Part shown: positions 27,101 to 36,491 of the stretch, in pieces
How the letters are laid out: each line of letters opens with the position of its first letter
Numbering within the stretch: position 1 is the stretch's first letter
Assembly (NCBI GenBank): GCA_003388555.1
Contig: QQVD01000027.1
Span: forward strand, 23,951 to 87,950
Length of the DNA: 64,000 nucleotides
Source of the DNA: Acidobacteriota bacterium
GTDB lineage: Bacteria > Acidobacteriota > Thermoanaerobaculia > Multivoradales > Multivoraceae
Reading direction: 5' to 3'
Made by a program: the position numbers and the translations under genes
The notes under the pieces: model-generated
Database searches by the model: none
What the model saw: only the letters and a program-made list of their open reading frames with translations
Told to the model about the DNA's origin: nothing

Positions 27101-30042
27101 CTGCGCAGCAACGAGGCGGCGAGGTACTCGCCGCGGTAGATCTGGTCGCTCTCGGAGACCAGGGTCTGCAGCCAGAGGTCGGGAGTGCCGATGAGCTGGT
27201 CTTCCGGCACCGGCTGGTAGAAGTCGGTGCCGCCGAGATGAAGGTCGAGCCGGCCATCGCGTGGCACCAGGGTGAGGTCGACCTGCTGCGTGTTGACCGA
27301 GAACCGGTGATCGCCGAAGCGGACCAGCTCGCTGCCGTCGCCGGTGGTCTCGAAGATCTCCTGGCGATCGCGCAGCGACCGTCCGGCCTCCTGCCGTGCC
27401 GCCAGCAGTGCGCCTTCGAGCTCGTCGGCCTTGACCACCTCTCCCAGCTCGCGCAGCCGCTCGCTCTGGTCGCGCAGCTTGGCGACCATCGGGTCGGAAG
27501 CGAAGAACGCGTTCAGGGCGTCCTGGTCGGAGACGCCCGCCACCCGCCGCCGCACGCCGTCGAGGATGCGCGCCGAGGCCTGCACCAGCTGCTCGCTCCG
27601 CCGCTGCCGCTGGTCGAGCAGCTGCTGCTTCTTGGCGCTGAGAGCCTCGTAGACCTCCTCGCGCTTGGTGACCAGGCGTTCGAGGAACTCGTCGAACTCG
27701 GCGTAGCGACCTTCGAGCTCCTCGAGCGCCACCATCAGCCGGCCCAGGGCATCGTCGCACTCCTCCGGCGTCGTCGCCATCTGGACGGCGCTCGAGACTC
27801 CCTGGCCAAAGAGCTTGAACTCGACCCCGAATTCGCCCACCGCCTCCTTCGAGCGCAGCTCGCGGCGCCGTGCGTCGAGGCGGGCGCGCACCCGGTTGAT
27901 CGAGCCCAGCACCTCGGAGATCGACTCGAGGATGGCGGTGCGCACCAGGGCGTCGTCGATCTCGAGATTGCTCGCCACCTCGGCCAGCAGTCGCACTCCC
28001 TGCTCGCGCTCGTCGAGCTCGCGCCGCAGAGGGTCGGCATCGACGACGCGGGCGACCGCGGCGGCCCGCTCCTCGAGCTCTCCGACCTCGCGGCGGAACG
28101 ACTCCAGCGCGTCGTCACGCTGCAGGAAGCGGGCGGTGGCCGCGGCCAGCGTCTCGGCCTGCGCGGCGACCTGCGTCTCGAGTCCGTCGAGGCGTTCGCG
28201 GTCGACGTAGCGCAGGTCGCGCAGGGTGATCAGCTGACCGCGCAGGGTGCGCAGCCGCGCCAGCCCGCGCACGAACTGGCTCGCCTCGGAGAAGCTCTGC
28301 GGCCTGACCTCGCGCTCGGCGAGGGTGACCTGAGCCGCTGCCTCGTCGAGCGACTCGCCGGCCTGGGCGCGCAGGCTCTCGACCTTCTGGTACTCGTCGA
28401 CCACGCGCTCGGCGGTGCCGCGCAGCTGCCTCACCAGCTCGTCGAGTGGACCCTCGGGCAGCCTCCCCTCGAGCTCTTCGCCGAGCTCGGCCTCGCCCAG
28501 CCAGTGGTAGCTGTCGAGCGCCCGACCGCACGCCCTGACCAGAGCGTGGTAGTGGGCAGAGCCGAGGCCTTCGCTCTCCTCCTTGCGCGCGGCGCGCACC
28601 AGGCTGAGCAGCTCGGCGACGGCGCGCACCAGCTCGGCGTTGCCGAGGCGCTCGAGGAAGGTGCTCGCCGAGGCCGCGGTGCCGCGCGCGGCGTACTCGT
28701 CGGTGCAGAACGGCGTCTGCCAGATCTGCATCGTGTGCACCCTGGTGGGCTCTTCGCCGGCGGCACGGAAGATCACCATCCTGCCGCTGTCGAAGATCGC
28801 GTAGCCGTTGCAGCGGATCGGTGTCTGCACCTGCTTGCGGATCAGGTTGTACGGCAGCAGCAGGGTGGCGCCCGAGCCGCGGTGGTGGAAGGCGTAGAGC
28901 ACGTCCTCCCCGTTGGGGGCGCGGATGCGGCGCACGAACTCGAGGTCGGTGATCTGCTGCTCGTAGACCTTGGTCTCGCCGCTCTGCAGGTGGTAGCCGC
29001 CGGGGAAGATGATGCCGTGGTCCTCGGGCAGCTGCTGGCAGGAGGAGCCGATCGCGTCGATCCGCTCGACGGAGCGGGTGCGGGTGTTGAAGACGAAGTG
29101 ACGCCAGCGGTCCTCGCGGAACGGCAGTACCCGCAGCAGGATCAGGGTGCCGAGCTCGGCGTAGTGGATCTCGGCGTCGTCGAGCGACTGGTCGGGATCG
29201 TCGACCGGCTCGCGGTAGATCCCGAGGCCGTCCTCGGTGTTGTTCTCGACCTTGATCGTCAGGTCGCCGCCGACGGTCTCGACGAAGACCTTGCCGAGCA
29301 CGTCGACGTGCGGGTGCTTGCCCGCCACGTGGTCCTCGCGCGATGTCGTCGTCCATTCGAAGTCGTGGGGCGGATCGAAGACGTGGTCGCGCTCGCCGCG
29401 GTTGTCGAGGTAGCGCGCCCCGCCGGGCTCGATCTGCCAGCGCAGCACCTTGTGGTCGTAGGCCGTGGCGCCGGTCTGGAAGACCGCCAGCAGTCGGCCT
29501 CCGAGATTGCGGAGCTGCAGCAGCCGAGTCGACTTGTAGTACTCGTAGAGCTCGCGAAAGTCGGCCTGGAAACGGCCGTCGTCGAGGAAGTCGGCGTCGA
29601 CGTCGCGGAAGGCGAACCGCGGCGGCGCCGCCGGCTCGTCGCTGCCGGCCCCGTCCGGACCGCCGTCGCCCGGCGTGTCGCCCTTCGCGTCGGGCCCCTC
29701 CTCGACGAAGCGGTGGCAGGAGAAGACATCGCCGACCTCGGTCTGCTTCTTGAGGCCGATGAAGACGTTGTAGCCGAAGAGCAGGCGGTCGCCGACGCGG
29801 GCGATGTCGCGCGGAACGCAGTTGTGCTCGGTACGGATGCGCACGCTGCCGATCACCGCGAGCTCGCTGCCGCCGAAGCGCTCTACGCGACGCTCGTTGA
29901 GCGCCTCCGCCGCCTGGCCGAGAGCCTCGGCCTGACGCCTCAGCCGCGCCGACAGAAGCTCGAAGGCGCCGCGGTCGACGGTCTGCCCGTCGGCAGCCTG
30001 CTCGGCTTCCGCGGTCGCTCTCTCGGTCTCGGATGCGCTCAC
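24160..30042 (-). CDS. Giant (1960 aa) protein with a single MoxR/ChlI-like AAA+ ATPase module, N-terminal beta-rich domain and extensive coiled-coil regions; family unassigned
   Basis: Uninterrupted 5.9-kb ORF, GTG start. Walker A LLLLISPPGYGKTTVMEYIASRLG, Walker B NVLLYLDDIQHTSSE, AAA_5-like sensor region CMAGNPYTESGERFQIPDMLANRADVYNLG (cf. ChlI/MoxR NP..E.G...L...LLDRF) around residues ~1290-1450. N-terminal ~500 aa beta-rich. Long heptad-like E/R/L/A-rich segments. Co-directional with flotillin and dehalogenase genes. Confidence 0.85.
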   Translation of the reverse strand: MSASETERATAEAEQAADGQTVDRGAFELLSARLRRQAEALGQAAEALNERRVERFGGSELAVIGSVRIRTEHNCVPRDIARVGDRLLFGYNVFIGLKKQTEVGDVFSCHRFVEEGPDAKGDTPGDGGPDGAGSDEPAAPPRFAFRDVDADFLDDGRFQADFRELYEYYKSTRLLQLRNLGGRLLAVFQTGATAYDHKVLRWQIEPGGARYLDNRGERDHVFDPPHDFEWTTTSREDHVAGKHPHVDVLGKVFVETVGGDLTIKVENNTEDGLGIYREPVDDPDQSLDDAEIHYAELGTLILLRVLPFREDRWRHFVFNTRTRSVERIDAIGSSCQQLPEDHGIIFPGGYHLQSGETKVYEQQITDLEFVRRIRAPNGEDVLYAFHHRGSGATLLLPYNLIRKQVQTPIRCNGYAIFDSGRMVIFRAAGEEPTRVHTMQIWQTPFCTDEYAARGTAASASTFLERLGNAELVRAVAELLSLVRAARKEESEGLGSAHYHALVRACGRALDSYHWLGEAELGEELEGRLPEGPLDELVRQLRGTAERVVDEYQKVESLRAQAGESLDEAAAQVTLAEREVRPQSFSEASQFVRGLARLRTLRGQLITLRDLRYVDRERLDGLETQVAAQAETLAAATARFLQRDDALESFRREVGELEERAAAVARVVDADPLRRELDEREQGVRLLAEVASNLEIDDALVRTAILESISEVLGSINRVRARLDARRRELRSKEAVGEFGVEFKLFGQGVSSAVQMATTPEECDDALGRLMVALEELEGRYAEFDEFLERLVTKREEVYEALSAKKQQLLDQRQRRSEQLVQASARILDGVRRRVAGVSDQDALNAFFASDPMVAKLRDQSERLRELGEVVKADELEGALLAARQEAGRSLRDRQEIFETTGDGSELVRFGDHRFSVNTQQVDLTLVPRDGRLDLHLGGTDFYQPVPEDQLIGTPDLWLQTLVSESDQIYRGEYLAASLLRSAEEALAERALAVSDEAESATDDEAGEGEDAESPPSRRMADAAPSLDDLHAALDSGELLQVVRAASAERYDEGYERGVHDADAALLLEHLLRLHSAAELLAYRPVDRALALLGWQLGLSEEQRRRWARRIAGVHRLRRAYGSGTRVAELVAELAPLLADLAERSARLEGCDPSAAARYLIEEVGERGPRFVVGGEALELEAAFVRSLRDHQNDTALAEELAAAGDPAEKFAVASSWLGAFVRREESSADGEGRRLAVRRRRQVPLVAALRTAGEELARRESHAAVETEVEGLLGSHRRIVRGRLRLRVDETLARYDRYVRERVPAFREFQRLRHELIERQRKVLRLDEFEPRVLSSFVRNQLLDQVYLPLIGDNLAKQIGAAGEGKRTDLMGLLLLISPPGYGKTTVMEYIASRLGLVFVKVNGPSLGHSVTSLDPSEARSATARQEVEKINLALEMGNNVLLYLDDIQHTSSELLQKFISLCDGQRRIEGVWRGRTRTYDLRGKRFCVCMAGNPYTESGERFQIPDMLANRADVYNLGDVLEGREDLFALSYLENSLTSNGVLAPVAARDPRDLRVLVRMARGEADAESDLGHPYSALELEEMLSVLRHLLRVQQVLLRVNRLYIESAAQDERFRTEPPFQLQGSYRNMNKLAARISAVMNQQELEALLDDHYLGEAQTLTQGAEWNLLRLRELRGVLDVDERRRIAEIRELYARARAIGGAEDDPVTRVTGTLGLVADGLRSIERSIGQASSAAVQRTAAEEEERRAPAGDEESAQALATALGQSLERTLQPAAATLAAQLAEVLARTPHGAATGAPDAGALEPILGGVGERLSDQLAQVVRSLQGIGGALSALERPAAANAGAPGASVRVVQTLGSGVHEVLDDLGGDTAEQLLELVRGISRWANRQQGEPDPRLRSLIDRTLSQLDRFKDLVNTLKRLDTASLQGAAASLQSETATPAGEDTGAPEGDPAASERPR

Positions 30043-30074
30043 TCGTCAGGGCTCGCGGTTCGGCGCCAGGGGTC

Positions 30075-30989
30075 TCACGGCAGCCAGTCGGCGATCGCGA
30101 GGCCGATCTCGTGCGGCGAGTCCTCCTGGAGGAAGTGGCTGCCGCGCACGGTGACTTCGCGCTGGTTCGGCCAGCGGCGGCAGAACTCGCGCTGGCTGCC
30201 GATCAGGATGGCTCCCGGGTCGGCGTCGATGAACAGCTTGGGGACGTTCGCCGAGGCGTCGCTGGCGAGCCACCCGGCGTAGTCGCCGACGAGAGCCGCG
30301 ACGTCGGCGGGCTCGCCCTCGATCGGGATCTGTCGCGGCCAGGTGAGGGTCGGCCTGCGACTCTCGCCAGGCTCGCGGAACGGTCGGCGGTAGACCTCCA
30401 TCTCGGCCTCGTCCAGCTGGCGGAGGATCGATCCGGGCAGTACCCGCTCGACGAAGACGTTCTTCTCCAGCACCATCTGCTCGCCGGCCGGCGAGCGGAA
30501 TCCCTGGAAGACGCCGCGCGCCGCCTCGGGCCAGTCGTCCCAGCTCTCGATCGGCCGCACGATCGCCTCCATGTAGGCGATGCCGCGCACCGCGTCGCGG
30601 TGCAGGTTGGCCCAGTGGAAGCCGAGCGCCGAGCCCCAGTCGTGGATCACCAGGGTCACGTCGCGCTCGACGCCGAGTGCGGCCAGGGCGGCGGCGAAGT
30701 AGTCGTAGTGCTCGGCGAAGGTGTAGCGATCGGGCCCGCCGGGCGCGAGCTTCTCGGAGTCGCCCATGCCGATCAGATCGAGGGCGATGCAGCGGCCCCG
30801 GTCCGCCAGGTGCGGCATGACGTTGCGCCACAGGTACGACGAGGTCGGGTTGCCGTGCTGGAAGAGGATCGGCCTGCCGGTGGCCTCACCGAGCTCGACG
30901 TAGGCCATCCTCCTGCCGAGCACCTCGACGATCTTCTTGGGCAGCTCGGCACGGCTGATGTCACTTCGGGTCGGGTCGCTGCTCATCAA
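30075..30989 (-). CDS. Haloalkane dehalogenase (alpha/beta hydrolase fold)
   Basis: DhaA/DhlA-type motifs: [23 protein letters not shown], nucleophile elbow [12 protein letters not shown]-terminal [13 protein letters not shown] (catalytic His). Confidence 0.85.
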   Translation of the reverse strand: MMSSDPTRSDISRAELPKKIVEVLGRRMAYVELGEATGRPILFQHGNPTSSYLWRNVMPHLADRGRCIALDLIGMGDSEKLAPGGPDRYTFAEHYDYFAAALAALGVERDVTLVIHDWGSALGFHWANLHRDAVRGIAYMEAIVRPIESWDDWPEAARGVFQGFRSPAGEQMVLEKNVFVERVLPGSILRQLDEAEMEVYRRPFREPGESRRPTLTWPRQIPIEGEPADVAALVGDYAGWLASDASANVPKLFIDADPGAILIGSQREFCRRWPNQREVTVRGSHFLQEDSPHEIGLAIADWLP

Positions 30990-31045
30990 TAGTCACTCCA
31001 CCACTTCGGCCACCGGCGAGGGAGCGCCGGCCCGGTTCCGACGCC

Positions 31046-32956
31046 TCAACCGCCACCGCCCTCCTCGCCCTGGTCCTCCTCGAGCAGCTTGGCCAGGGCG
31101 TCGCGCTGCGCCGGGGTGGCGCGCGGCAGACGACGGGCCAGCAGGGCGAGCAGCGCCAGGCTCTGGGCGTTGCCCGAGCTGGCCAGACCCGAGATCGCCT
31201 GGCGAACGTCCTCGGGCAGGCTGCGCTCGCCGTCGAGGTACTCCGACAGGGTCGCCTGCACGGTGCCGGAGCGGCCGACGAAGGCGTCGAGCGACTTGCC
31301 GGCCGAGATCGCGTTGACCAGGCGGTCGAGGAAGGCGCCGTCGCCGCCGACGATGTCGATGTTGGCCTGGCCGAGGGCGGTGGCCAGGACCTGCGCCTGG
31401 GCCTCGGCGACGCGGCGCTGGGCGTCGATCGCCTCGCTCTCCACCGCGCGCTCCTTCTCGATCCGCAGGCGGAACTCCTCGTGCTCGCGACTCGCCTCGT
31501 CGAGAGCCGCCATCGCCGTCGCCTTCTTCTCGATCCCTGCGGCCTCCGCAGTGAGCTTGGCCTCGATGGCCGACGCTTCGGCGGAGCCGGTCTCCCGAAC
31601 CACGTTGGCCTGCGCCCGCCCCTGCTTCTCGACCGCCGCGGCGTCCTCTTCCTTCACCCGCACCTCGGCCAGACCGCTGGCCGCCACCTCGGCCTGGATG
31701 CCCTCGGCGAGGCGGATCTTGGCCTGCGCCTCCTTGTCGGCGGCCTGCAGCTCGGCGTCCGCGAGGGTGAGCCTCTCGCGCGCCTTGAACTTGGCCGCCT
31801 CTTCCTGGGCCTCGGCCTTCTTGATGTCCTTGACCAGGATCTCCTGCGCCTCGGCCTCGGCACCGATGATCACGGCCTTCTTCTGACGGTTCGCCTCCTC
31901 GACGACGCGCAGCTCCTTGATGCGCTCCTCCTCCTCGGCCACCGTACGGTCGACCGCGACGCGTTCGCGGATGACGTCGGCGATCGCCTTCTTCTCGGTC
32001 TCGATCTCCTTCTCCTTGGCGATGCGCATCAGCTCGGTCTCGCGCTCGCGCGTGATCGCCTCGAGCTGCCGGTCCTTCTCGACCCGCTCGTTCTCGACCG
32101 CGACCACCCGTTCGCGGTTCTTCTTCGCCACCTCGACCTGGCGCTGCTTGTTCTCTTCGTTGATCGCGATCTCTTCGTCGGTGCGGATGCGGGCGCTCTC
32201 GGACTTGAGGCGCTCCTCGGCCTCCACCTTGCGCGTCTCGGCCTGCTCGCGCGCCTGCACCGTCGCGATCTCGCGCAGCTGCCTGGCCTCGGCGTCGGCC
32301 TGCTGCCGCTCGAGCTCGTAGATCGCCTCCTGCGCCTCGACGTCCTGCTTCTTGATCTGCTTGCGCTCGAAGTTCTGGAACTCGTTGGTGCGCACGTGCT
32401 CACGGGCGGTGAGCTCGGTGATCTTGCGGATGCCCTGCGCGTCGAGGATGTTGAACTCGTCGAGGGAGGAGAGCGGCGTCTGCTCGAGGAAGTCGATCGC
32501 CGCGTCCTCGAGGATGTAGCCGTTGAGGTCGCGGCCGATCACCCGGATGATCTGGTCGCGGAACTCCTCGCGCTTGGTGTAGAGATCGACGAAGTCGAGC
32601 TGCTTGCCGACCGTCTTCAGCGCCTCGGAGAACTTGGCGCTGAACAGCTGTTCGAGGGTCTGGTGATCGGAGGCGCGCCGGCAGCCGATCGACTGGGCGA
32701 CGCGGATGACGTCCTCGACCGTCTTGTTCACCCGCACGAAGAAGGCGACCTTGATGTCGGCGCGGATGTTGTCCTGACAGATCAGGCCCTCGGTGCCGCG
32801 GCGGTCGATCTCGATGGTCTGCAGGGAGATGTCCATCTCCTCGACCCGGTAGGCCATCGGGAAGACCAGCCGCGGCGTGAACGACACGCTGATCTTGCCG
32901 GGGCGGGTGACCACCAGGGCACGGCCCTGGTCGACCTTGCGATAGAACAACGCCAT
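31046..32956 (-). CDS. Flotillin-like SPFH/band-7 protein (YqiK/FloT-like) with long EA-rich coiled coil
   Basis: N-terminal membrane hairpin + SPFH domain (ALFYRKVDQGRALVVTRPGK...LQTIEIDRRGTEGLICQDNIRADIKVAFFVRV...) followed by ~350 aa of EAxxE coiled-coil repeats and flotillin C-terminal region; ATG at 32956 preceded by AGGAGAG. Confidence 0.85.
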   Translation of the reverse strand: MALFYRKVDQGRALVVTRPGKISVSFTPRLVFPMAYRVEEMDISLQTIEIDRRGTEGLICQDNIRADIKVAFFVRVNKTVEDVIRVAQSIGCRRASDHQTLEQLFSAKFSEALKTVGKQLDFVDLYTKREEFRDQIIRVIGRDLNGYILEDAAIDFLEQTPLSSLDEFNILDAQGIRKITELTAREHVRTNEFQNFERKQIKKQDVEAQEAIYELERQQADAEARQLREIATVQAREQAETRKVEAEERLKSESARIRTDEEIAINEENKQRQVEVAKKNRERVVAVENERVEKDRQLEAITRERETELMRIAKEKEIETEKKAIADVIRERVAVDRTVAEEEERIKELRVVEEANRQKKAVIIGAEAEAQEILVKDIKKAEAQEEAAKFKARERLTLADAELQAADKEAQAKIRLAEGIQAEVAASGLAEVRVKEEDAAAVEKQGRAQANVVRETGSAEASAIEAKLTAEAAGIEKKATAMAALDEASREHEEFRLRIEKERAVESEAIDAQRRVAEAQAQVLATALGQANIDIVGGDGAFLDRLVNAISAGKSLDAFVGRSGTVQATLSEYLDGERSLPEDVRQAISGLASSGNAQSLALLALLARRLPRATPAQRDALAKLLEEDQGEEGGGG

Positions 32957-33204
32957 CTCGTCTCTCCTGGGAACTCGGTTCCGGCGGCTGGCGATCGCTC
33001 GCACGGCGACCGCTCGCGGGTACGCGTCGGCGCGAGCCGAAGGGCGCCTCCGCGCTGCGCTCCTCTGCTACGGCTGGGGGAAGCCGTCTATTCTCCCACA
33101 GCGCCCGATCGCTCGGAAGAGTCGAAGGGGCGGCGGCACCGAGGAGGCCAGGGGGCCGCCGATGCCGATGCGGCGCGTCGGGCCGGCGCGACCTCTGAGC
33201 GACC

Positions 33205-34266
33205 TCAGCCGAGGTGCGCGGCGGCCGCCATCTCGCGCAGCTCCTCGGGTCCGCCCAGCACCTGGCGGTCGTAGCCGACGCGCTTGTACCAGAGGTGCAT
33301 GTCGCACTCCCAGGTGAAGCCGATGCCGCCGAAGACCTGGGTCGCCTGAGTGACCGCGAAGGTCGCCGTGTCGCACGCGTGCGCCTTGGCTAGAGAGACG
33401 AGCTCGCGCACCGCTGCGTCTTCCGGCGCGCTCGACTCGTCCCAAGCGTGGGCGGCGTACCAGAGCAGCGACTGCACCGGGTCGAGCTCGGCGAAGACCT
33501 CGGCGCAGACGTGCTGCACCGCCTGGAACGACCCGATGACGCGTCCGAACTGCTGGCGCTGCTTGGCGTAGTCGACCGCTGCCTCGAGGCCGCGCTGGGC
33601 GGCGCCGAAGGCATCGGCGGCGAGGGCGACGCGCGCCGCCTGGAGCGCCCGCTGCCTGGCGGAGATGGGCAGCCGGCCGAGACTCGCCTCGGCCTCGGCG
33701 CCGTCGAGACGCACCTCGGCGAGGCGCCGCGTCTCGTCGACGGTGAGCAGCGTCTCGATCGCGACGCCTTCGGCGTCGGGCGCGACCAGGTGGAGCTCGC
33801 CGTCGGCCTCGACCAGCAGCCGCTCGCAGACGCCGGCGTCGGCGACGTACGGCGCCAGGCAGCTCAGCCCGTCGCCACCGGGCACCGCGCCGAGCACCGG
33901 CGACAGCAGCAGCTCACCGGCGGCAAGGCGCTGCAGCAGGGGCTCCGTCCGGTCGACATCCTCGGCCGCCGCGAGCAGCAGCGGCGCCAGCACGTAGGCG
34001 CTGTGGAAACTCAGCGGACAGGCGGCACGGCCCAGCTCCTGAGCCACGACGGCGGAGTCGAGCAGGCCGAGGCCGGCGCCGCCCTGCTCCTCGCCCACCA
34101 GGAGACCGCAGACCCCCAGCTCGCCGAGCTCGCGGTGCAGCGAGCCGTCGTGTCCGGTGGTGGACTCCATGATCTCGCGCACCCGCGCGATCGGCACGTT
34201 GCGGTCGAGGTGCTCGCGCAGCGAACGCCGGAGTAGCTCCTGGGGTGGCGACAGCCCGAAGTCCAA
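33205..34266 (-). CDS. Acyl-CoA dehydrogenase family protein (short, ~350 aa)
   Basis: Starts with TTG -> (M)DFGLSPPQELLRRSL, classic ACAD N-terminus; C-terminal ACAD motif QVFGGIGFTWECDMHLWYKR. In a different frame from upstream ACAD; listed 838-aa ORF is a read-through artefact. Confidence 0.75.
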   Translation of the reverse strand: MDFGLSPPQELLRRSLREHLDRNVPIARVREIMESTTGHDGSLHRELGELGVCGLLVGEEQGGAGLGLLDSAVVAQELGRAACPLSFHSAYVLAPLLLAAAEDVDRTEPLLQRLAAGELLLSPVLGAVPGGDGLSCLAPYVADAGVCERLLVEADGELHLVAPDAEGVAIETLLTVDETRRLAEVRLDGAEAEASLGRLPISARQRALQAARVALAADAFGAAQRGLEAAVDYAKQRQQFGRVIGSFQAVQHVCAEVFAELDPVQSLLWYAAHAWDESSAPEDAAVRELVSLAKAHACDTATFAVTQATQVFGGIGFTWECDMHLWYKRVGYDRQVLGGPEELREMAAAAHLG

Positions 34267-34274
34267 AGCGGGCC

Positions 34275-35450
34275 TCAGCTCTTCGCCGCGCTGCGCGGCA
34301 GGCCGAGCCCGCGCTGGGCGATGATGTTCTTCTGGATCTGGGCGGTGCCGCCGCCGATGATCAGGCCGAGGGCGTACATGTACTGGATCTGCCACTCGCC
34401 GTCGTCGCGCACGTGCGCCGAGCCGCGGCGCAGGATGCCGCGTTCGCCCATCGCGTCGATCGCCAGGGCGCAGATGTCGTAGTTCAGCTGGCAGCCGTTG
34501 AGCTTGGTGATCAGCCCCGAGGCGCCGCTGTCGCGACCGCGCAGGCGGTCGGTCAACATGCGGTAGCGGTGGAACTTCATCGCCAGGGCCCTGGCGCGCA
34601 GCCGCATCAGCCGGTCGCGCCAGACGGGATGGTCGATCTTGCCGGTCTCCCGCAGGATGCGCTCGGCGCCGTCGAGGAAGGTCTCGGCCTGGGCCGAGCG
34701 CCCCAGCATGTCGCGCTCGAAGCGCAGCGTCGCGGTACCGATCTCCCAGCCCTGACCGGGCTCGCCGATGACGTTGCCGGCCGGTACCCGGGCGTCGGTG
34801 AAGAAGACCTCGTTGAAGTCCGACTCGCCGGTCATCTGGCGCATCGGCCGCACCTCGATGCCGGGGGTCTGCATCGGGATGACCATGTAGCTGATCCCGC
34901 CGTGCTTGCCGGCTTCCGGCTCGGTGCGGATCAGCCCGAACATCATGTCGGCGATCTGGGCGGTCGAGGTCCAGATCTTCTGCCCGTTGATCACGTAGTC
35001 GTCGCCGTCGCGGCGGCCCCGGGTCTGCAGGCTGGCGAGATCGCTGCCCGAGCCCGGCTCGCTGTAGCCCTGGCACCAGAGCAGTCGACCGCGCATCGTC
35101 GGCTCGACCCACAGCTGCTTCTGCTCCTCGTCGCCGTAGTGGAGCAGGGTGGGCACGAACATCGAGATGCCCTGGTTGGCGATCCCCTGCGAGACGCCGG
35201 CGCGCCGGAACTCCTCCTCGATGACCAGATCGCCGAGCAGGTCGGGCTGCTGGCCGGCGCCGCCGTAGCGCTCCGGGATGGTGCGGCCGACCCAGCCGCC
35301 GTCGACCAGCAGGTCCTGCCAGGCGAGCCGTTGCTCCATGGTGGCCCCGGAACCCGGCCCGGCCGGCACCGCCAGGTCGCGGTGGCGGTCGAGGAACGAA
35401 CGCACCTGCTGGCGCAGACCGTCGTACTCGGGCCCGATGTCGAGGTCCAT
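34275..35450 (-). CDS. Acyl-CoA dehydrogenase
   Basis: ACAD motifs: LWCQGYSEPGSGSDLASLQT, DDYVINGQKIWTS, IIGGGTAQIQKNIIAQRGLGLP. Confidence 0.85.
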   Translation of the reverse strand: MDLDIGPEYDGLRQQVRSFLDRHRDLAVPAGPGSGATMEQRLAWQDLLVDGGWVGRTIPERYGGAGQQPDLLGDLVIEEEFRRAGVSQGIANQGISMFVPTLLHYGDEEQKQLWVEPTMRGRLLWCQGYSEPGSGSDLASLQTRGRRDGDDYVINGQKIWTSTAQIADMMFGLIRTEPEAGKHGGISYMVIPMQTPGIEVRPMRQMTGESDFNEVFFTDARVPAGNVIGEPGQGWEIGTATLRFERDMLGRSAQAETFLDGAERILRETGKIDHPVWRDRLMRLRARALAMKFHRYRMLTDRLRGRDSGASGLITKLNGCQLNYDICALAIDAMGERGILRRGSAHVRDDGEWQIQYMYALGLIIGGGTAQIQKNIIAQRGLGLPRSAAKS

Positions 35451-35468
35451 CCGCCAGCGCTCCGGTGC

Positions 35469-36338
35469 TCAGTCGAGCAGGTCGACCAGAGTGGACTCGA
35501 TGCGCTCGAATCCCTTGGCGCCGGTGAACCGTCCGACCTCGCGGTCGCCCCGGTAGACGATGGCGGTGGGCAGCCCGGTGACCTCGAGGGCGCGGACCTC
35601 GGCGTCCTGCCAGCCCTCCGGCGGATAGTCGATGCCGTAGTAGTCGAAGTCGATCCCTGCGCCGCGCAGCGACTCCTCGAGCTTCAGCGCGTGCGGCAGG
35701 TAGTGCTTGCAGTGGCCGCACCAGCTGCCGAAGACGATGCGCACCCGCACCGGCTGCTCGAGCGCCGTCAGCTTGGCCACCTGCGCCGGGTCGACGCGGT
35801 ACTCCCGCATGCCGGTGCGGTAGGCCGGCGAGTGCTGGAGGAGGTCGCCGAGCTCACGCGGGCCGAGCAGCGGCGGCTTGGGGCGCAGACGGGCGTTCTC
35901 GGGAGCCGGGAGGATCAGCTCGTGGCCGTCCTGGGTGAAGTCGCCGACGTAGGTGCGCTCGGCGTCCTCGCGCAGGTCGATCTCGTCGTCGCCGCGCAGA
36001 AGACCGGCCTCGGCCACCTGGTCGACCCGCTGAGTGCGGGCGAAGACGAGCAGCGGCGCCGGCAGCACCTCGCTCTCGACCAGCAGGGCGGCGGCTCGCT
36101 GCGAGAGAGCGATCTCGGCGTCGACCGGCTCGCCGTCGATGGTCAGCTGGTACTCGCCGCTCGGCACGAAACCGGAGAGCACTCCGTGCGACTGGCCCGG
36201 AGAGGCCGCGGGCGCTACAGCGGCGACGATCGCTGCTGCGATCGGCAGGCTCCCGCGGCGCCCCAGGCGCTGCCAGCGTGAGCGGTGGTCGCCCGCGTCC
36301 GCGGCCCGGCGATGCTGAAGGAGGGTGAGGTCGTTCAT
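35469..36338 (-). CDS. Thioredoxin-fold protein (CxxC, TlpA/DsbE-like) with N-terminal signal/anchor
   Basis: Active-site motif IVFGSWCGHCKHYLPH and downstream cis-Pro region (GLPTAIVY). Confidence 0.7.
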   Translation of the reverse strand: MNDLTLLQHRRAADAGDHRSRWQRLGRRGSLPIAAAIVAAVAPAASPGQSHGVLSGFVPSGEYQLTIDGEPVDAEIALSQRAAALLVESEVLPAPLLVFARTQRVDQVAEAGLLRGDDEIDLREDAERTYVGDFTQDGHELILPAPENARLRPKPPLLGPRELGDLLQHSPAYRTGMREYRVDPAQVAKLTALEQPVRVRIVFGSWCGHCKHYLPHALKLEESLRGAGIDFDYYGIDYPPEGWQDAEVRALEVTGLPTAIVYRGDREVGRFTGAKGFERIESTLVDLLD

Positions 36339-36491
36339 GGCGGCATCCCTGCTCGTGGGGGCGTCACGTCACACCTTGGCCGGCGACGCCCGGTGATCAG
36401 CGGCGATGCTATCGCGGGGACCACGGCGCTGCGGCCCGGGCGGCGGCACGGCGCCGCGGTGCAGGTCTGGTGGAGGAGGGCGGAGGAGGGC

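Noticed and set aside
24457-30282. Two very long plus-strand ORFs (635 aa and 1269 aa) antisense to the giant ATPase gene
   Set aside because: They mirror the 5.9-kb minus-strand gene. Their composition is dominated by A/G/R/L/V/E/Q, with no motifs. The minus-strand product has clear Walker A/B motifs and domain structure, so the plus-strand ORFs are shadow ORFs.
33205-35721. 838-aa minus-strand ORF
   Set aside because: It is a read-through artefact. The real genes are a short ACAD (33205..34266, TTG start) and, in a different frame, the ACAD at 34275..35450.
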